Source of the DNA: Candidatus Eiseniibacteriota bacterium
GTDB taxonomy: Bacteria; Eisenbacteria; RBG-16-71-46; CAIMUX01; VGJL01
NCBI GenBank assembly: GCA_963792585.1
Contig: CAWBWI010000006.1
Span: forward strand, 480,001 to 544,000
Length of the DNA stretch: 64,000 bases
Direction: 5' to 3'
Shown piece after piece: positions 37,297 through 47,174 of this stretch. The first letter of the stretch is position 1; each line of letters starts with the position of its first letter. The notes under the pieces were generated by a model. That model made no database searches, had not been told where the DNA came from, and saw only the letters and a program-made list of their open reading frames with translations. Position numbers and translations under genes: made by a program.

Positions 37297-40200
37297 TCAT
37301 CCTTCTCTCTTCCCAAGGGCCAGGTCGACCGCGAGGGCGGGGGTGAGCCTCCGCCCTCGATCCCGTTCTCGCGTGAACCCACTGTCCCCTAGCCTGCTGC
37401 GAAGCAGGGATTCCAGTGCCGCAACGTCCTCGTCCGGTCCCGCACCATCGCGTCGTCCGACCCACCCTTCGAGGGTCTCCACCGCGCCCAGCAGCCGGGC
37501 GGTTCGAATCGGCTCCTCCAGCATCCCGGAGATGAGCGTGATCGCCCGCACCGTCTCCGTGAGGATCGGCGCACTCCCGAGTTGGTCCAGAATCGAAAGC
37601 CGCTCCCGTTGTCGCGCCTGCGCAGTCGCGGCGTCCCCGAGCCGCATCGCCAGTTCCCCCAGATTTCCGAGGACCGACGCCACGCCGGCCGGATCGCTCA
37701 TCTCGCGATGAATCGTGAGCGCCTCGTCGAAGAATGCTCGGGCGCACGCCCAGTCTTCCTGCATGGCGGCGAGGGAGCCGAGGTTGTTGAGTGACCGGGC
37801 CATCGCCCCGCGATCGCCGACCTCACGCTTGATCGAGAGGCTCTCCTCGAAGAACGTGCGGGCTTCGGCCAGGTTTCCCTGCGCCCCGGCAAGCGAACCG
37901 AGGTTGTTGAGCGTGTGCGCTACGTCCAGCTTGTTGCCCAGTTCGCGTTGAATGGCGAGGCTCTCTTCCCGAAGCCTCCGCGCCTCCGGGAGATCTCCCA
38001 AGCGCTGGCTCACGTTGCCGAGGTTGTTCAACGATCGGGCGGTCTCCTCGCGGTCTCCGAGCTTCCTGCGGATCTCGAGGGCCGCCTCGTTCTGGGCGCG
38101 CGCCGCGGCCAGGTCGCCCTGGCACTCGGCGAGGTTGGCCGCCCAGTGAAGAACCAAGGCGCGAAGATGGGGAGCGGGTGCGGGATTCGTACGCGCCATC
38201 AGGGCCGCGTAGACCGACCGTCCCTCGAACCAGTGGCCGTGCGCCATCCAGAAGGGTCCCATGGCCGCGGCGAGGCGAAATGCGGGATCCGACTCGGACG
38301 TGGTGAAAGCGCTCTGCGCGAGACGCAGATTGTCGTGATCCGCTCGGAAGCGAGAGAACCAGACCCCTTGCTCGGGACCGAAAAGGTGGGGCAAGGCCGC
38401 CTCAGCCCACACGAGGAAACGGTCTCGATGTCTGCGGAGGATGCCCGCGAATTCGCGGGCGTCGACCAGCTTCTCCCGGGCGTACTGCCGGATCGTCTCG
38501 GCCATCCGGTAACGGGGCTGGCCGGTCAACGCGGTCGTGTCGGCATCCACCTCGGCCAGCGACTTGTCGATGAGTTGCGCGAGCAGGTCGAGCACCTCCC
38601 AACTCTCCACCCCGCTTCCCGCGCAGACTTCCTCCGCGGCCTCCAATGACCAGCCACCCGCGAAGATCGAGAGACGGCGGAAGACCTTGCGCTCCCCCTC
38701 CGTCAGCAGATCATTGCTCCAGTCGATCATGGCACGCAGGGTGCGCTGCCTCGGCATCAGGCCCCGATCGCCCGCGTCGAGCAGTCGGAACCGGCTGCCG
38801 AGCCGTTTCGCGATCTCATCGACCGGAAGAACACTGACTCTCGCGGCCGCCAACTCGATCGCCAGCGGGATGCCGTCGAGTCGGCGGCAAATCTCGGCCA
38901 CTGCCGGGGCGTTCGTCTCCGTCAACTCGAAGTCGGATCGAATCGATCGGGCGCGCTCCACGAACAATCGCACCGCGTCCTTGGCGATGACTTCCGCCGG
39001 ATGAAGCTCTGCGAGAGCTTCCGGAACGGAAAGCGACGGCACCCGATAGATCGCCTCGCCCCCGACACGCAGCGGCTCGCGACTCGTGCAGAGAATGCGC
39101 AGTTCGGAACAGGCGCGCAGAAGTCGATCCGACAGCTCGCGGCACGACGCGATCAGATGCTCGCAGTTGTCGAGCAGGAGGAGGACGCGCCCCTGCGAGA
39201 GACGGTCGATCAAGGATGCGGCGATCGGGCGATCCGGGCTCTCCCGGATACCGAGGGCCTGCGCAACGGATTGGTCGATAAGAATCGCGTCGGATAGGGC
39301 CGCAAGCTCGACCCACCAGATCCCTCCGGGAAAGTCCTGCCCGAGTCCCCGAGAGACCTCCAGGGCAAGGCGCGTCTTGCCGCATCCGCCCGCCCCCGTG
39401 AGGGTCACCATGCGGCCGTCGGCCAGAAGCCGCCGCACTTCCGTCTTCTCGGCTTGCCTGCCGATCAACCTGTCGACCGCCGCGGGGAGATTGTTCGGAT
39501 ACGGGTCCGCATCGGGTTTTCGGGCGGCGCGGCGCGTGAAGAAGCTCCGGCCGGTCGCCACCTGATCCATCTCGCGGCGGATCGTCCGAATCTTCCGGAG
39601 CCGCAGCTTCGGGGAGCGCTCGAGACACTGTGCCAGGAGGTCCCGCAGGCTCTGCGGCACTTCATCGGGCAGCGACCCCGGATCCGGCGGCTTCTCGAAC
39701 CACGCATCCGGCATCGGATCCGCCCCGTGCGCCTCGAATGCGGGCCGCCCGGTCAGGCACTCGAAGACGATGCAGCCGAAGGCCCAAATATCGGCGCGAC
39801 GGGTCACGTTGCGCCCGCGCAACTGCTCGGGGCTCATGTAGCCGGGCGTCCCCGCGACCAGGCCGGTCGCTCCCGCGGTGGCGCCGCCCGCCGCTGGTCG
39901 CGCGGAGAGGGACTCGGCGAGACCGAAGTCGAGGACTTTCACCTGCTCCTTCGGCGTGATCATGATGTTCATCGGCTTCAGATCCCTGTGAACGATGCCG
40001 TGCGCATGGGCGGCCTCGAGGGCGCGGGCGATTTGCCGTGCGATCCGCAGGGTCTCGTCCAGACTCATGCTGCCGGAGGCAAGGCGCTCCGCAAGGGTCA
40101 TCCCGGGAACGTATTCCATGGTCAAGAAGGCGAGACCGTCCGCCTCCTCGAGCGTGTAGATCGTCGCGATGTTGGGGTGGTTGAGGGCGGCGAGGATCTG

Positions 40201-40560
40201 TGCTTCCCGCTCGAACAGCGTTCGGCGCAACGGATCGATGGCGAGCCTTCCGGGCAACGCCTTCAGGGCGACGCGCCGCTTGAGCTTTGGATCCTCGGCG
40301 AGGTAGACGATCCCCATTCCCCCACGACCCAGCGTCCCCTGGATCGCATACGGGCCGATCCGATCCGCTTCGGCCGTCTCCGAGACCGCCGAAGCGAGCT
40401 GGAGATGATCGGGAAAGCGTTCCTGGAGCTCGAGCAGGGAGACGACGTCCGCGAGAAGCGCCGGGTCGCCCTCGCAGGCCCGAACGATGAAGCTCGCCCT
40501 CTCGATCGATTCGAGATCGAGGGCGTCGTTCACGATCTCGTCAACACGCCGGCCCGGCAT
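37297..40560 (-). CDS. Ser/Thr protein kinase - STAND/NB-ARC-like NTPase - TPR protein
   Basis: Kinase: GRGGMGIVY, HRDLKPMN, DFG, GTPGYMSPE. NTPase: P-loop GAGGCGKT, LLLDNCEH, GIPLAIELAA. TPR units (ARSLNNLG). No TM segment seen. Confidence 0.92.
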   Translation of the reverse strand: MPGRRVDEIVNDALDLESIERASFIVRACEGDPALLADVVSLLELQERFPDHLQLASAVSETAEADRIGPYAIQGTLGRGGMGIVYLAEDPKLKRRVALKALPGRLAIDPLRRTLFEREAQILAALNHPNIATIYTLEEADGLAFLTMEYVPGMTLAERLASGSMSLDETLRIARQIARALEAAHAHGIVHRDLKPMNIMITPKEQVKVLDFGLAESLSARPAAGGATAGATGLVAGTPGYMSPEQLRGRNVTRRADIWAFGCIVFECLTGRPAFEAHGADPMPDAWFEKPPDPGSLPDEVPQSLRDLLAQCLERSPKLRLRKIRTIRREMDQVATGRSFFTRRAARKPDADPYPNNLPAAVDRLIGRQAEKTEVRRLLADGRMVTLTGAGGCGKTRLALEVSRGLGQDFPGGIWWVELAALSDAILIDQSVAQALGIRESPDRPIAASLIDRLSQGRVLLLLDNCEHLIASCRELSDRLLRACSELRILCTSREPLRVGGEAIYRVPSLSVPEALAELHPAEVIAKDAVRLFVERARSIRSDFELTETNAPAVAEICRRLDGIPLAIELAAARVSVLPVDEIAKRLGSRFRLLDAGDRGLMPRQRTLRAMIDWSNDLLTEGERKVFRRLSIFAGGWSLEAAEEVCAGSGVESWEVLDLLAQLIDKSLAEVDADTTALTGQPRYRMAETIRQYAREKLVDAREFAGILRRHRDRFLVWAEAALPHLFGPEQGVWFSRFRADHDNLRLAQSAFTTSESDPAFRLAAAMGPFWMAHGHWFEGRSVYAALMARTNPAPAPHLRALVLHWAANLAECQGDLAAARAQNEAALEIRRKLGDREETARSLNNLGNVSQRLGDLPEARRLREESLAIQRELGNKLDVAHTLNNLGSLAGAQGNLAEARTFFEESLSIKREVGDRGAMARSLNNLGSLAAMQEDWACARAFFDEALTIHREMSDPAGVASVLGNLGELAMRLGDAATAQARQRERLSILDQLGSAPILTETVRAITLISGMLEEPIRTARLLGAVETLEGWVGRRDGAGPDEDVAALESLLRSRLGDSGFTRERDRGRRLTPALAVDLALGKREG

Positions 40561-41149
40561 TCGCCTCCCCTGCGGCCCCGAGTCCGGAAGTCTCCGCCAA
40601 CTCGCGAAGAAGCCAGAGGCGCGCGTAACGCCAGTCGCGTTCCACGGTGCGGCCCGTCACGTCCAGCACCTCCCCCGCCTCGTCGGCGGTGAGGCCGCCG
40701 AAGTAGAGGAGCTCGACCACCCGCCCCTTGCGCGGATCAGCGGCCGCGAGCTTCGTCAAGGCGGCATCGAGGGCGAGGAGATCGATCGGCGAGACGCCGG
40801 ACGGTCCGCCAATCTCGACGAGCGAAACCCGTCGATACTCGCCACCCCTCTTCATGCGACCGCGCGCACGGGCATGTTCGACGAGGATCCGCCGCATCGC
40901 CTGTGCCGCCACCCCCAGGAAGTGGGCGCGATCGCGCCATTCGATCGAATCGGAACCCACGAGACGAAGGTAGGCCTCGTGGGTGAGGGCCGTCGGCTGG
41001 AGCGTGTGGCCCTTTCGCTCATGCCGCATGTATCCGCCCGCGATGGACCGCAGCTCCGCATAGACGAGGGGAAGCAGTTCGTCGACGGCCTGCCGGTCTC
41101 CCCCGCTCAGTCGCGAGAGGATGCGGGTGACGTGCCCGCCGCTCTCCAT
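40541..41149 (-). CDS. ECF sigma factor (TIGR02999/ECF43-like, kinase-associated)
   Basis: LLPLVYAELRSIA, HTLQPTALTHEAYLRL, AMRRILVEHAR, RTVERDWRYARLWL; overlaps the kinase start. Confidence 0.9.
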   Translation of the reverse strand: MESGGHVTRILSRLSGGDRQAVDELLPLVYAELRSIAGGYMRHERKGHTLQPTALTHEAYLRLVGSDSIEWRDRAHFLGVAAQAMRRILVEHARARGRMKRGGEYRRVSLVEIGGPSGVSPIDLLALDAALTKLAAADPRKGRVVELLYFGGLTADEAGEVLDVTGRTVERDWRYARLWLLRELAETSGLGAAGEANAGPAC

Positions 41150-41351
41150 TGGATCGCGGCTCCTTTCCCGGCGAAATCGCCGCGAAGAAACCGTGTCGGT
41201 CTCTCCCCGATTCCGTCGCCTTACCGGACAGATGAGATTAGCGGATTGGGCCCGCGGTTCTCCAGAAGGAGTCACCCCGGGCACGGCCGCCCCACCGTCC
41301 CGATCCGTAGTCGCGGGGCATGAACCGGCCGAGCCTGCCAGGAGGCGCGTC

Positions 41352-44300
41352 GTGAAATCGATCACCCCAAACCCCGTTCCCTTTGCCCGCACGTTCCTTG
41401 CGTCGACCCTCGCGACCATTTGCCTCTCGCTCTGGGCCTCGGCGGCAGGCGCGCAGGGCTTCGATCCGGGCGCTCCCGTCCGGAACCTCGAGTATGAGGC
41501 CAAGCTCTACCCGATCCGGTTGCAGCTCGACCGGATTGCGGTCTTCTATCCGGAGGGCCTCGCAATGGCGAGCCGGGCGGCGGTCGCCCGAGAAATTGGG
41601 ATCCCTCGTCCACGCCGAACCGGTGGTCTCGGCGCCCGCCCACCGGATGGAGATCTACAGCGCGGCGCGCCCCTCGACGCCGGCGCCCTGCTCACCGCGA
41701 TTGCGCGGCTTCGCTCGGAACCATCCGTCGAGCGCGCCGCCCCCGTCTACGAATCGGGCGGGATGATGGCCATCATCCGGGACCGGCTCTTCGTCCAGTT
41801 GCGGGACGGAGTCTCGGAGGAGCGCCTGCGGGCGCTGATGGACCCCCTCGGTCTCATGATCTTGGAGAAGACCGCGTGGCGGGACGGGAACTACACCCTC
41901 CGGATCCCGGGGGACGGATCGATCGATGCGATTGCCGCCGCCGAGGCCCTGCGCGTCCACGAGGAGATCGTCTACGCCGAACCCGATCTGATCGGCGAGG
42001 GGCCGGCGCTCGCCGCGCCGGATGATCCCCTCTTCGCTCCCCACCAGTGGAATCTGGATAACACGAACCAGCAGGCCGCCTGGAGGAAGGATGTCGATCT
42101 CGACGCCCCGGAGGCGTGGGAGATCGTGCGCGCGAGCCTCGCGGTCACGGTCGCCGTTCTCGACGACGGCTTTCAGATGGACCATCCCGACTACCAGATG
42201 AATCTAGACAGGGCGAACGCGAAGGATTTCGTCGACGGCGACAGCATCCCGGCGCCCGTCGGCACGGACAAACACGGCACCAACTGCCTCGGAATCGCCG
42301 CCGCGATCAGGGACAACGGTGAGGGCATCGCGGGCGTCGCCGGCGGGGCGAAGATCCTTCCCGTCCGCATCTGGGGCGGCGGTTTCTACTCGACCCAGGC
42401 GATGGCGGATGGGATCGGGTGGGCCATGATGAAGGGCGCCTCCGTGATCAGCAACAGCTGGCATACGATCAACGACCTCCCTTCGTGGCAGATCGCCGCC
42501 GCGATTCGAGAAGCCGTGACCAAGGGTAGGAGCGGCCGGGGCTGCGTCGTGGTCTTCGCGGCAGGGAACGCCGATGTGGCCCAACTTGCGTGGCCCGCCC
42601 AGCTCGACGATGTGATCAGTGTGGGGGCCACGACCTACTGCGACACGCGCAAGAGCAATGTTCCCATGAGCTGCGACGGAGAGCATGGCTGGGGATCCTG
42701 CTACGGCGCGGGCCTTGATGTCGCCGCGCCGGGAGTCGCAGTTACCACCACGACCACGGGTGGCGGCTACCGATTCGACTTCAACGGGACCTCGGCGGCC
42801 GCCCCACATGTCGCCGGACTCTCGGCGCTCTTGATCCGCATGTTTCCGACATATACGGAAGCGGAGATCCGCGCCCGGATCCAGGATACGTGCGATCGCG
42901 TCGGCGGCTACAGATACGATCCGGTCACCGGCGTGAGCCCCGAGCTCGGCCACGGGCGGATCAACGTCTATCGTGCCGTCTCCGGCAAGCCACAGGTCAT
43001 CCTGGGCCCGTTTCCGGAGAACCCGAGCGTCTACCGGGACGATGGCGACGCGCCCGCGCCATACCCGCCCGCGCATCACGATACGACCTCCTATGAATGG
43101 CTTGGTTCCGACGTGAGCCCGGAGAAGAACGAGTCGGATCCCAAGGATCCCGACGGAACACGAAACGATGCGGGCGGCGACGCGTTCGATGACGGGGTCA
43201 CCTTTCATCCCCCGTACTTACCCGGCCAGCCCGGCACGATCGACGTCCACCTGCGGGTCTCGGACGCCAACTCCACGCGCTACGTGGGGCATGCGCTCTA
43301 CCTGAACGTGTGGTTCGACTGGAACAGCGATGGGGTTTGGGACGGAGCGGACGACTGGGTCGTCCGCAACGAGGATTACTTTCCTTCGATCTGGGGTGGT
43401 CTCGGTGTCTGGGACGACACGATCACCTTTACCGTCCCGACGGTCGGCTGGCACATCCAGAACCGGAACGACGGGTTGTTCCTCCACGTGCGCGCCCGCC
43501 TGAGTTACGAGCAGCAGCTCTTCGAACCCGCGGAGATCGCCGATGGGGGCGAGGTCGAGGATTACGCCTTCGTCAACTACGTGGAGATGTTCGACACGGG
43601 GCCGGGAACGATGCAGGTCGTGTCCGCCGGCTGCGATCCGTGGGAGTTCGTCAACGGAATGGCTCCCTGGGAGCCGAACCCGTGCCGTCCGCCGTTCCTC
43701 TCCGACGCTCCTCCCAACGGTTACATGGCCGCATGCATATACAGCCCAACCTATCAAGGGGACTCCACGGACCAGCTCCGCACCCCTTCCTTCGACCTGA
43801 CGGAGATGACCGACGGCGCCGTCGAGTGGGAGCAGTCGGCGGTCGAGATGATCTACGGGCGGGTGGTCCTCTACAATGGGCCGCTCCCGCTCGATACACT
43901 CGCCGTCTTCAACGGGGTGCCGACTACGCCCCCTTCGTGTGGCCTGTCGTTCACGCACACCGCCGACATCTCGCCCTATTGCGGTCCGGGCTTCAGCGAC
44001 GTCTACGTCGCGTTCGAGGTCGCACACGACGAACCGTGCGGGATCCCGTTTCCCTCGTATCAGGACTGGTTCGTCGACAATGTCCGGGTCTGGGCCCAGG
44101 ACCTCATCGCCCCTGCGCCGGTCAGCGTGACGGTCGCGCCGAGCGGCCCCACGACCCACACCGTTACATGGGTTGCCCCCGGGGACGACGGGAACGCACA
44201 CCGGGCGCAGTTCTACAACGTCCGCTACGGCCCGCAGGCGATCAACTCGTCCAACTGGCTCTACTCGCTCTGGGTGCGTCCGGAGATGGTCAACGCCCTC

Positions 44301-45875
44301 CCGGTGCCGGGCAACCCCGGTACGGTCGAGACGATCGATGTGCAGGGAATGTCCCCGGGACAGCACCACTTCGCGGTCCGCACGCTCGACGAGGTCACGC
44401 GCATCGCCCCGGTGGCGCAGGGGGGCGACAACCATCCGCCCGTGCAAACGGTCGTGGGTCCCGCGCGCATCAACTACATGGACATCGTGGATATCCATGT
44501 GAACGCGAACGATCCGGACTTCGACCCCCTTTTCATGCTGGCGACGCAAATGCCCGAGGGGGCGGAGTACGAAGATCTGGGCAATGGGGTCGGAGAATTC
44601 CATTGGCTGGCCGATCAGCTCGGGAGTCACTACGCCATCTTCGAGGCCCGCGACTGGAATGGCGCGGTGGACACCGATACGTTCCATCTTCGCGTGCTCC
44701 CAACGGACGTCGCGCCCGACTACTCCGATCACGACATCGGGACCGCGATGCTCAGCGTCACCAATCAGGGGATCTTGGGGTTCCTCGATACGACGCATGC
44801 GGACGGCACAGGGTTCGTCTACCCGAAGAACGGCGGCGAGAACCACATTTACACTGGGGGGCCATGGCTGGGAACCGACCCCAGCTATGTTGCCGGCCGC
44901 GATTACGACGCCGATCCGCACAAGGCCTGGGTGGCGTGCGACTCCATCGCGCCGGACAACTACGGCTACTCGCCTCAGGACCTGGTCACGAAGTACACGG
45001 ACGTGGGCCTCGATGAGGCCCGCGGGGTCGAGGTATCGCAGAGTTCGTGGGCCTATGCATCTCCACCCTCCGACGACAACTTCGTGATCGTGCGCTATCG
45101 GCTCACGAATCGAGGCGGAACCGACCTCAACGGGCTGCTGCTGGGCCTCTTCTCCGACTTCGATCTGCGCGACGAAGGTGGCGACGACCGCGCCGGAACC
45201 GACGTCGCGCGCCGACTCGCCTGGATGACCGATCCATCCGGGGTCTACGTCGGCGTGCGCATGTTGGTCCCTCCGATCGACGGGCTGCCGCTCGCAAACC
45301 TGACCCTCATCGACAATCCCACATATGTCTATCCGAACCAGTACATCTCCGACGCGGACAAGTATGCATTCCTGGCCGCGTCCGACGGAGCACACGTGCT
45401 GACCGACGGGCCGACGCCGAAGGACTACGGGGTCGTCGTCTCGGTGGGGCCGTTCGACCTGGCCCGGGGCGATCAGCGGGAAGTCGCCTACGCCCTGATC
45501 GGGGGCATGTCCCTCGCCGAGCTTCAGCAGAACTCCGATCGTGCACAAGCCGTCTATGCGGCAAAGAGCGCCGATGCGAGCGAGAACGAAGCGAACGGGA
45601 TCACGATCCTGCTACCCAGTGCCCCGAATCCCTTCGAGACGAAAACGACCGTGCACTTCTCGCTCGCGCGTCCCGCGGATGCTCGGATTCTCATCTACGA
45701 CGTGGGGGGCCGGCTCGTGCGACGCCTGGTCGAGGGACCGCGCCCGGCGGGCGTGCAGTCGATCGTATGGGACGGGCGAGACGATCGCGGCCACACCGCG
45801 CCCGCAGGCGTCTACTTCCTCCGGATGCGGGGCGATGGGCGGGATGAGAGCCGGAGAGTCCTGCGGATACGTTGA
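41352..45875 (+). CDS. Large secreted S8 subtilase with GEVED, FN3/Ig-like and FlgD/T9SS-like C-terminal domains
   Basis: Catalytic triad motifs VAVLDDG, KHGTNCLG, FNGTSAAAP; FAAGN; GGEVEDY; TWVAPGDDG; APNPF...WDGRDDRG...AGVYF. GTG start after AGGAGG. Confidence 0.9.
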   Translation: MKSITPNPVPFARTFLASTLATICLSLWASAAGAQGFDPGAPVRNLEYEAKLYPIRLQLDRIAVFYPEGLAMASRAAVAREIGIPRPRRTGGLGARPPDGDLQRGAPLDAGALLTAIARLRSEPSVERAAPVYESGGMMAIIRDRLFVQLRDGVSEERLRALMDPLGLMILEKTAWRDGNYTLRIPGDGSIDAIAAAEALRVHEEIVYAEPDLIGEGPALAAPDDPLFAPHQWNLDNTNQQAAWRKDVDLDAPEAWEIVRASLAVTVAVLDDGFQMDHPDYQMNLDRANAKDFVDGDSIPAPVGTDKHGTNCLGIAAAIRDNGEGIAGVAGGAKILPVRIWGGGFYSTQAMADGIGWAMMKGASVISNSWHTINDLPSWQIAAAIREAVTKGRSGRGCVVVFAAGNADVAQLAWPAQLDDVISVGATTYCDTRKSNVPMSCDGEHGWGSCYGAGLDVAAPGVAVTTTTTGGGYRFDFNGTSAAAPHVAGLSALLIRMFPTYTEAEIRARIQDTCDRVGGYRYDPVTGVSPELGHGRINVYRAVSGKPQVILGPFPENPSVYRDDGDAPAPYPPAHHDTTSYEWLGSDVSPEKNESDPKDPDGTRNDAGGDAFDDGVTFHPPYLPGQPGTIDVHLRVSDANSTRYVGHALYLNVWFDWNSDGVWDGADDWVVRNEDYFPSIWGGLGVWDDTITFTVPTVGWHIQNRNDGLFLHVRARLSYEQQLFEPAEIADGGEVEDYAFVNYVEMFDTGPGTMQVVSAGCDPWEFVNGMAPWEPNPCRPPFLSDAPPNGYMAACIYSPTYQGDSTDQLRTPSFDLTEMTDGAVEWEQSAVEMIYGRVVLYNGPLPLDTLAVFNGVPTTPPSCGLSFTHTADISPYCGPGFSDVYVAFEVAHDEPCGIPFPSYQDWFVDNVRVWAQDLIAPAPVSVTVAPSGPTTHTVTWVAPGDDGNAHRAQFYNVRYGPQAINSSNWLYSLWVRPEMVNALPVPGNPGTVETIDVQGMSPGQHHFAVRTLDEVTRIAPVAQGGDNHPPVQTVVGPARINYMDIVDIHVNANDPDFDPLFMLATQMPEGAEYEDLGNGVGEFHWLADQLGSHYAIFEARDWNGAVDTDTFHLRVLPTDVAPDYSDHDIGTAMLSVTNQGILGFLDTTHADGTGFVYPKNGGENHIYTGGPWLGTDPSYVAGRDYDADPHKAWVACDSIAPDNYGYSPQDLVTKYTDVGLDEARGVEVSQSSWAYASPPSDDNFVIVRYRLTNRGGTDLNGLLLGLFSDFDLRDEGGDDRAGTDVARRLAWMTDPSGVYVGVRMLVPPIDGLPLANLTLIDNPTYVYPNQYISDADKYAFLAASDGAHVLTDGPTPKDYGVVVSVGPFDLARGDQREVAYALIGGMSLAELQQNSDRAQAVYAAKSADASENEANGITILLPSAPNPFETKTTVHFSLARPADARILIYDVGGRLVRRLVEGPRPAGVQSIVWDGRDDRGHTAPAGVYFLRMRGDGRDESRRVLRIR

Positions 45876-45951
45876 GATCGAGAAACCCGGCATGGGTTGC
45901 GGGTACCTGCGTCGGGACGCCCCTTCGGGGGCGCCCGACGTTCGGACGCGA

Positions 45952-46554
45952 TCATGCCGCGCGCCGGAGATGAAGGCGAATCAGCGTCAGGCTTCCCAAG
46001 ACGAAGCCGAGAGAGAAGAGACCCCAGGCGAACCGTGGATGCTCCGGGTCGCCGAGGGGGATGCAGAAGGAAGCGACCACGATCGCCGCCGCGGCGATGG
46101 CGCCGATCCAGTCGGCGGGACGCATCCGCACCGCGCGTCGATGCAACTCCAGACCCGCCGCGATCCAGAGCGCGGAGACGAGCACGGGCGCCAACACCGG
46201 TCCGACCCAGACCCTGGGGATCAGGAAGAGGATGTCCGGGTCGAGCCAGCTCGCCGGCCAATCGAGGAGAGCCTTTAACCCCGCGTAGTAGGCGATGTCC
46301 CAGACGCCAAAGGCGACGATGAAGGCCATCAGGCGTGGCCAGGCGTGCTCGGCAGCGAGCATGGCGATACAGACGAGCATCACGATCGTCATGGCTTCAC
46401 GGATCACCTCGATTCGCAGGATCGCCGGGTCCATCGCGACGAGCGGAAAACCGAAGCCGTTCGGATAGTAGATGCGGCGCAGGTAGACGACGACGGCCGC
46501 CTCGAGGATTCCCATCGCGGCTGCGTAGAGCACAACAATCCATGGATGACGCAT
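45952..46554 (-). CDS. Conserved hypothetical integral membrane protein
   Basis: About 6 TMs; AMGILEAAVVVYLR, REAMT, FGVWDIAYY, DILFLIPRVWVGPVLAP. Confidence 0.7.
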   Translation of the reverse strand: MRHPWIVVLYAAAMGILEAAVVVYLRRIYYPNGFGFPLVAMDPAILRIEVIREAMTIVMLVCIAMLAAEHAWPRLMAFIVAFGVWDIAYYAGLKALLDWPASWLDPDILFLIPRVWVGPVLAPVLVSALWIAAGLELHRRAVRMRPADWIGAIAAAAIVVASFCIPLGDPEHPRFAWGLFSLGFVLGSLTLIRLHLRRAA

Positions 46555-46631
46555 GATCGTGACGTCTGTGGACCGCTATGGGCGCGGGACGGCGCAGGAG
46601 AAGGAGGCGCCGCGAAGTCGACCGGCTGCCG

Positions 46632-47174
46632 TCATTCGGCGCCGCCGGACGATTCCGCCGGGGAGAACCAGCGCACGATCCGGTAGTGGGGAACCGGCTC
46701 GGAGACTTCCTCGACCCAGAGTCGCACCCCCTCGTCCTTTACCTCATAGTGCTGCGTAGCTCCGTCGACCTCGGCGTCGACGGCAAGGACCACCGTGACA
46801 TCGGTGATGATCCATGGAGCAACCCCGCTTCCGCGGAAGACCCGGTATCCGTCGGGGATCTCCATCCGAACTGCTTTCGTCTTGGGAGAGGTGAGCATCA
46901 TCGTCGCCGACTGCATCTCGTCGTCGTAGCCCCAGCTGGGTCCATCCTCTCCGTATTGAAAGACGAAGTCCCGGGAGATCAGATTCCGGTAGGCATCGAT
47001 ATCGCGATGCGAGTAGGCATCGGTGAGACAGGTCAGCACGACCTGCGGCCCGTCACCGGCACAGATTGCCGCGGCCGGGCTCCCCGTCAAGCACAAGCCC
47101 AGGAGGATCGCCGCCCAACAGGAGGCGGCCCTGAGCGGAACGCGCGCGGCCTGCGCCGAAACGACAATGTTCAC
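46632..47174 (-). CDS. Secreted hypothetical protein, possible NTF2/SnoaL-like fold
   Basis: GTGA overlap with the upstream stop; signal peptide; AYSHRDIDAYRNLISRDFVF; YRIVRW near the C-terminus. Confidence 0.55.
   Translation of the reverse strand: MNIVVSAQAARVPLRAASCWAAILLGLCLTGSPAAAICAGDGPQVVLTCLTDAYSHRDIDAYRNLISRDFVFQYGEDGPSWGYDDEMQSATMMLTSPKTKAVRMEIPDGYRVFRGSGVAPWIITDVTVVLAVDAEVDGATQHYEVKDEGVRLWVEEVSEPVPHYRIVRWFSPAESSGGAE

Noticed and set aside
43218..45548. 776-aa minus-strand ORF
   Set aside because: Antisense shadow of the S8 protease gene.
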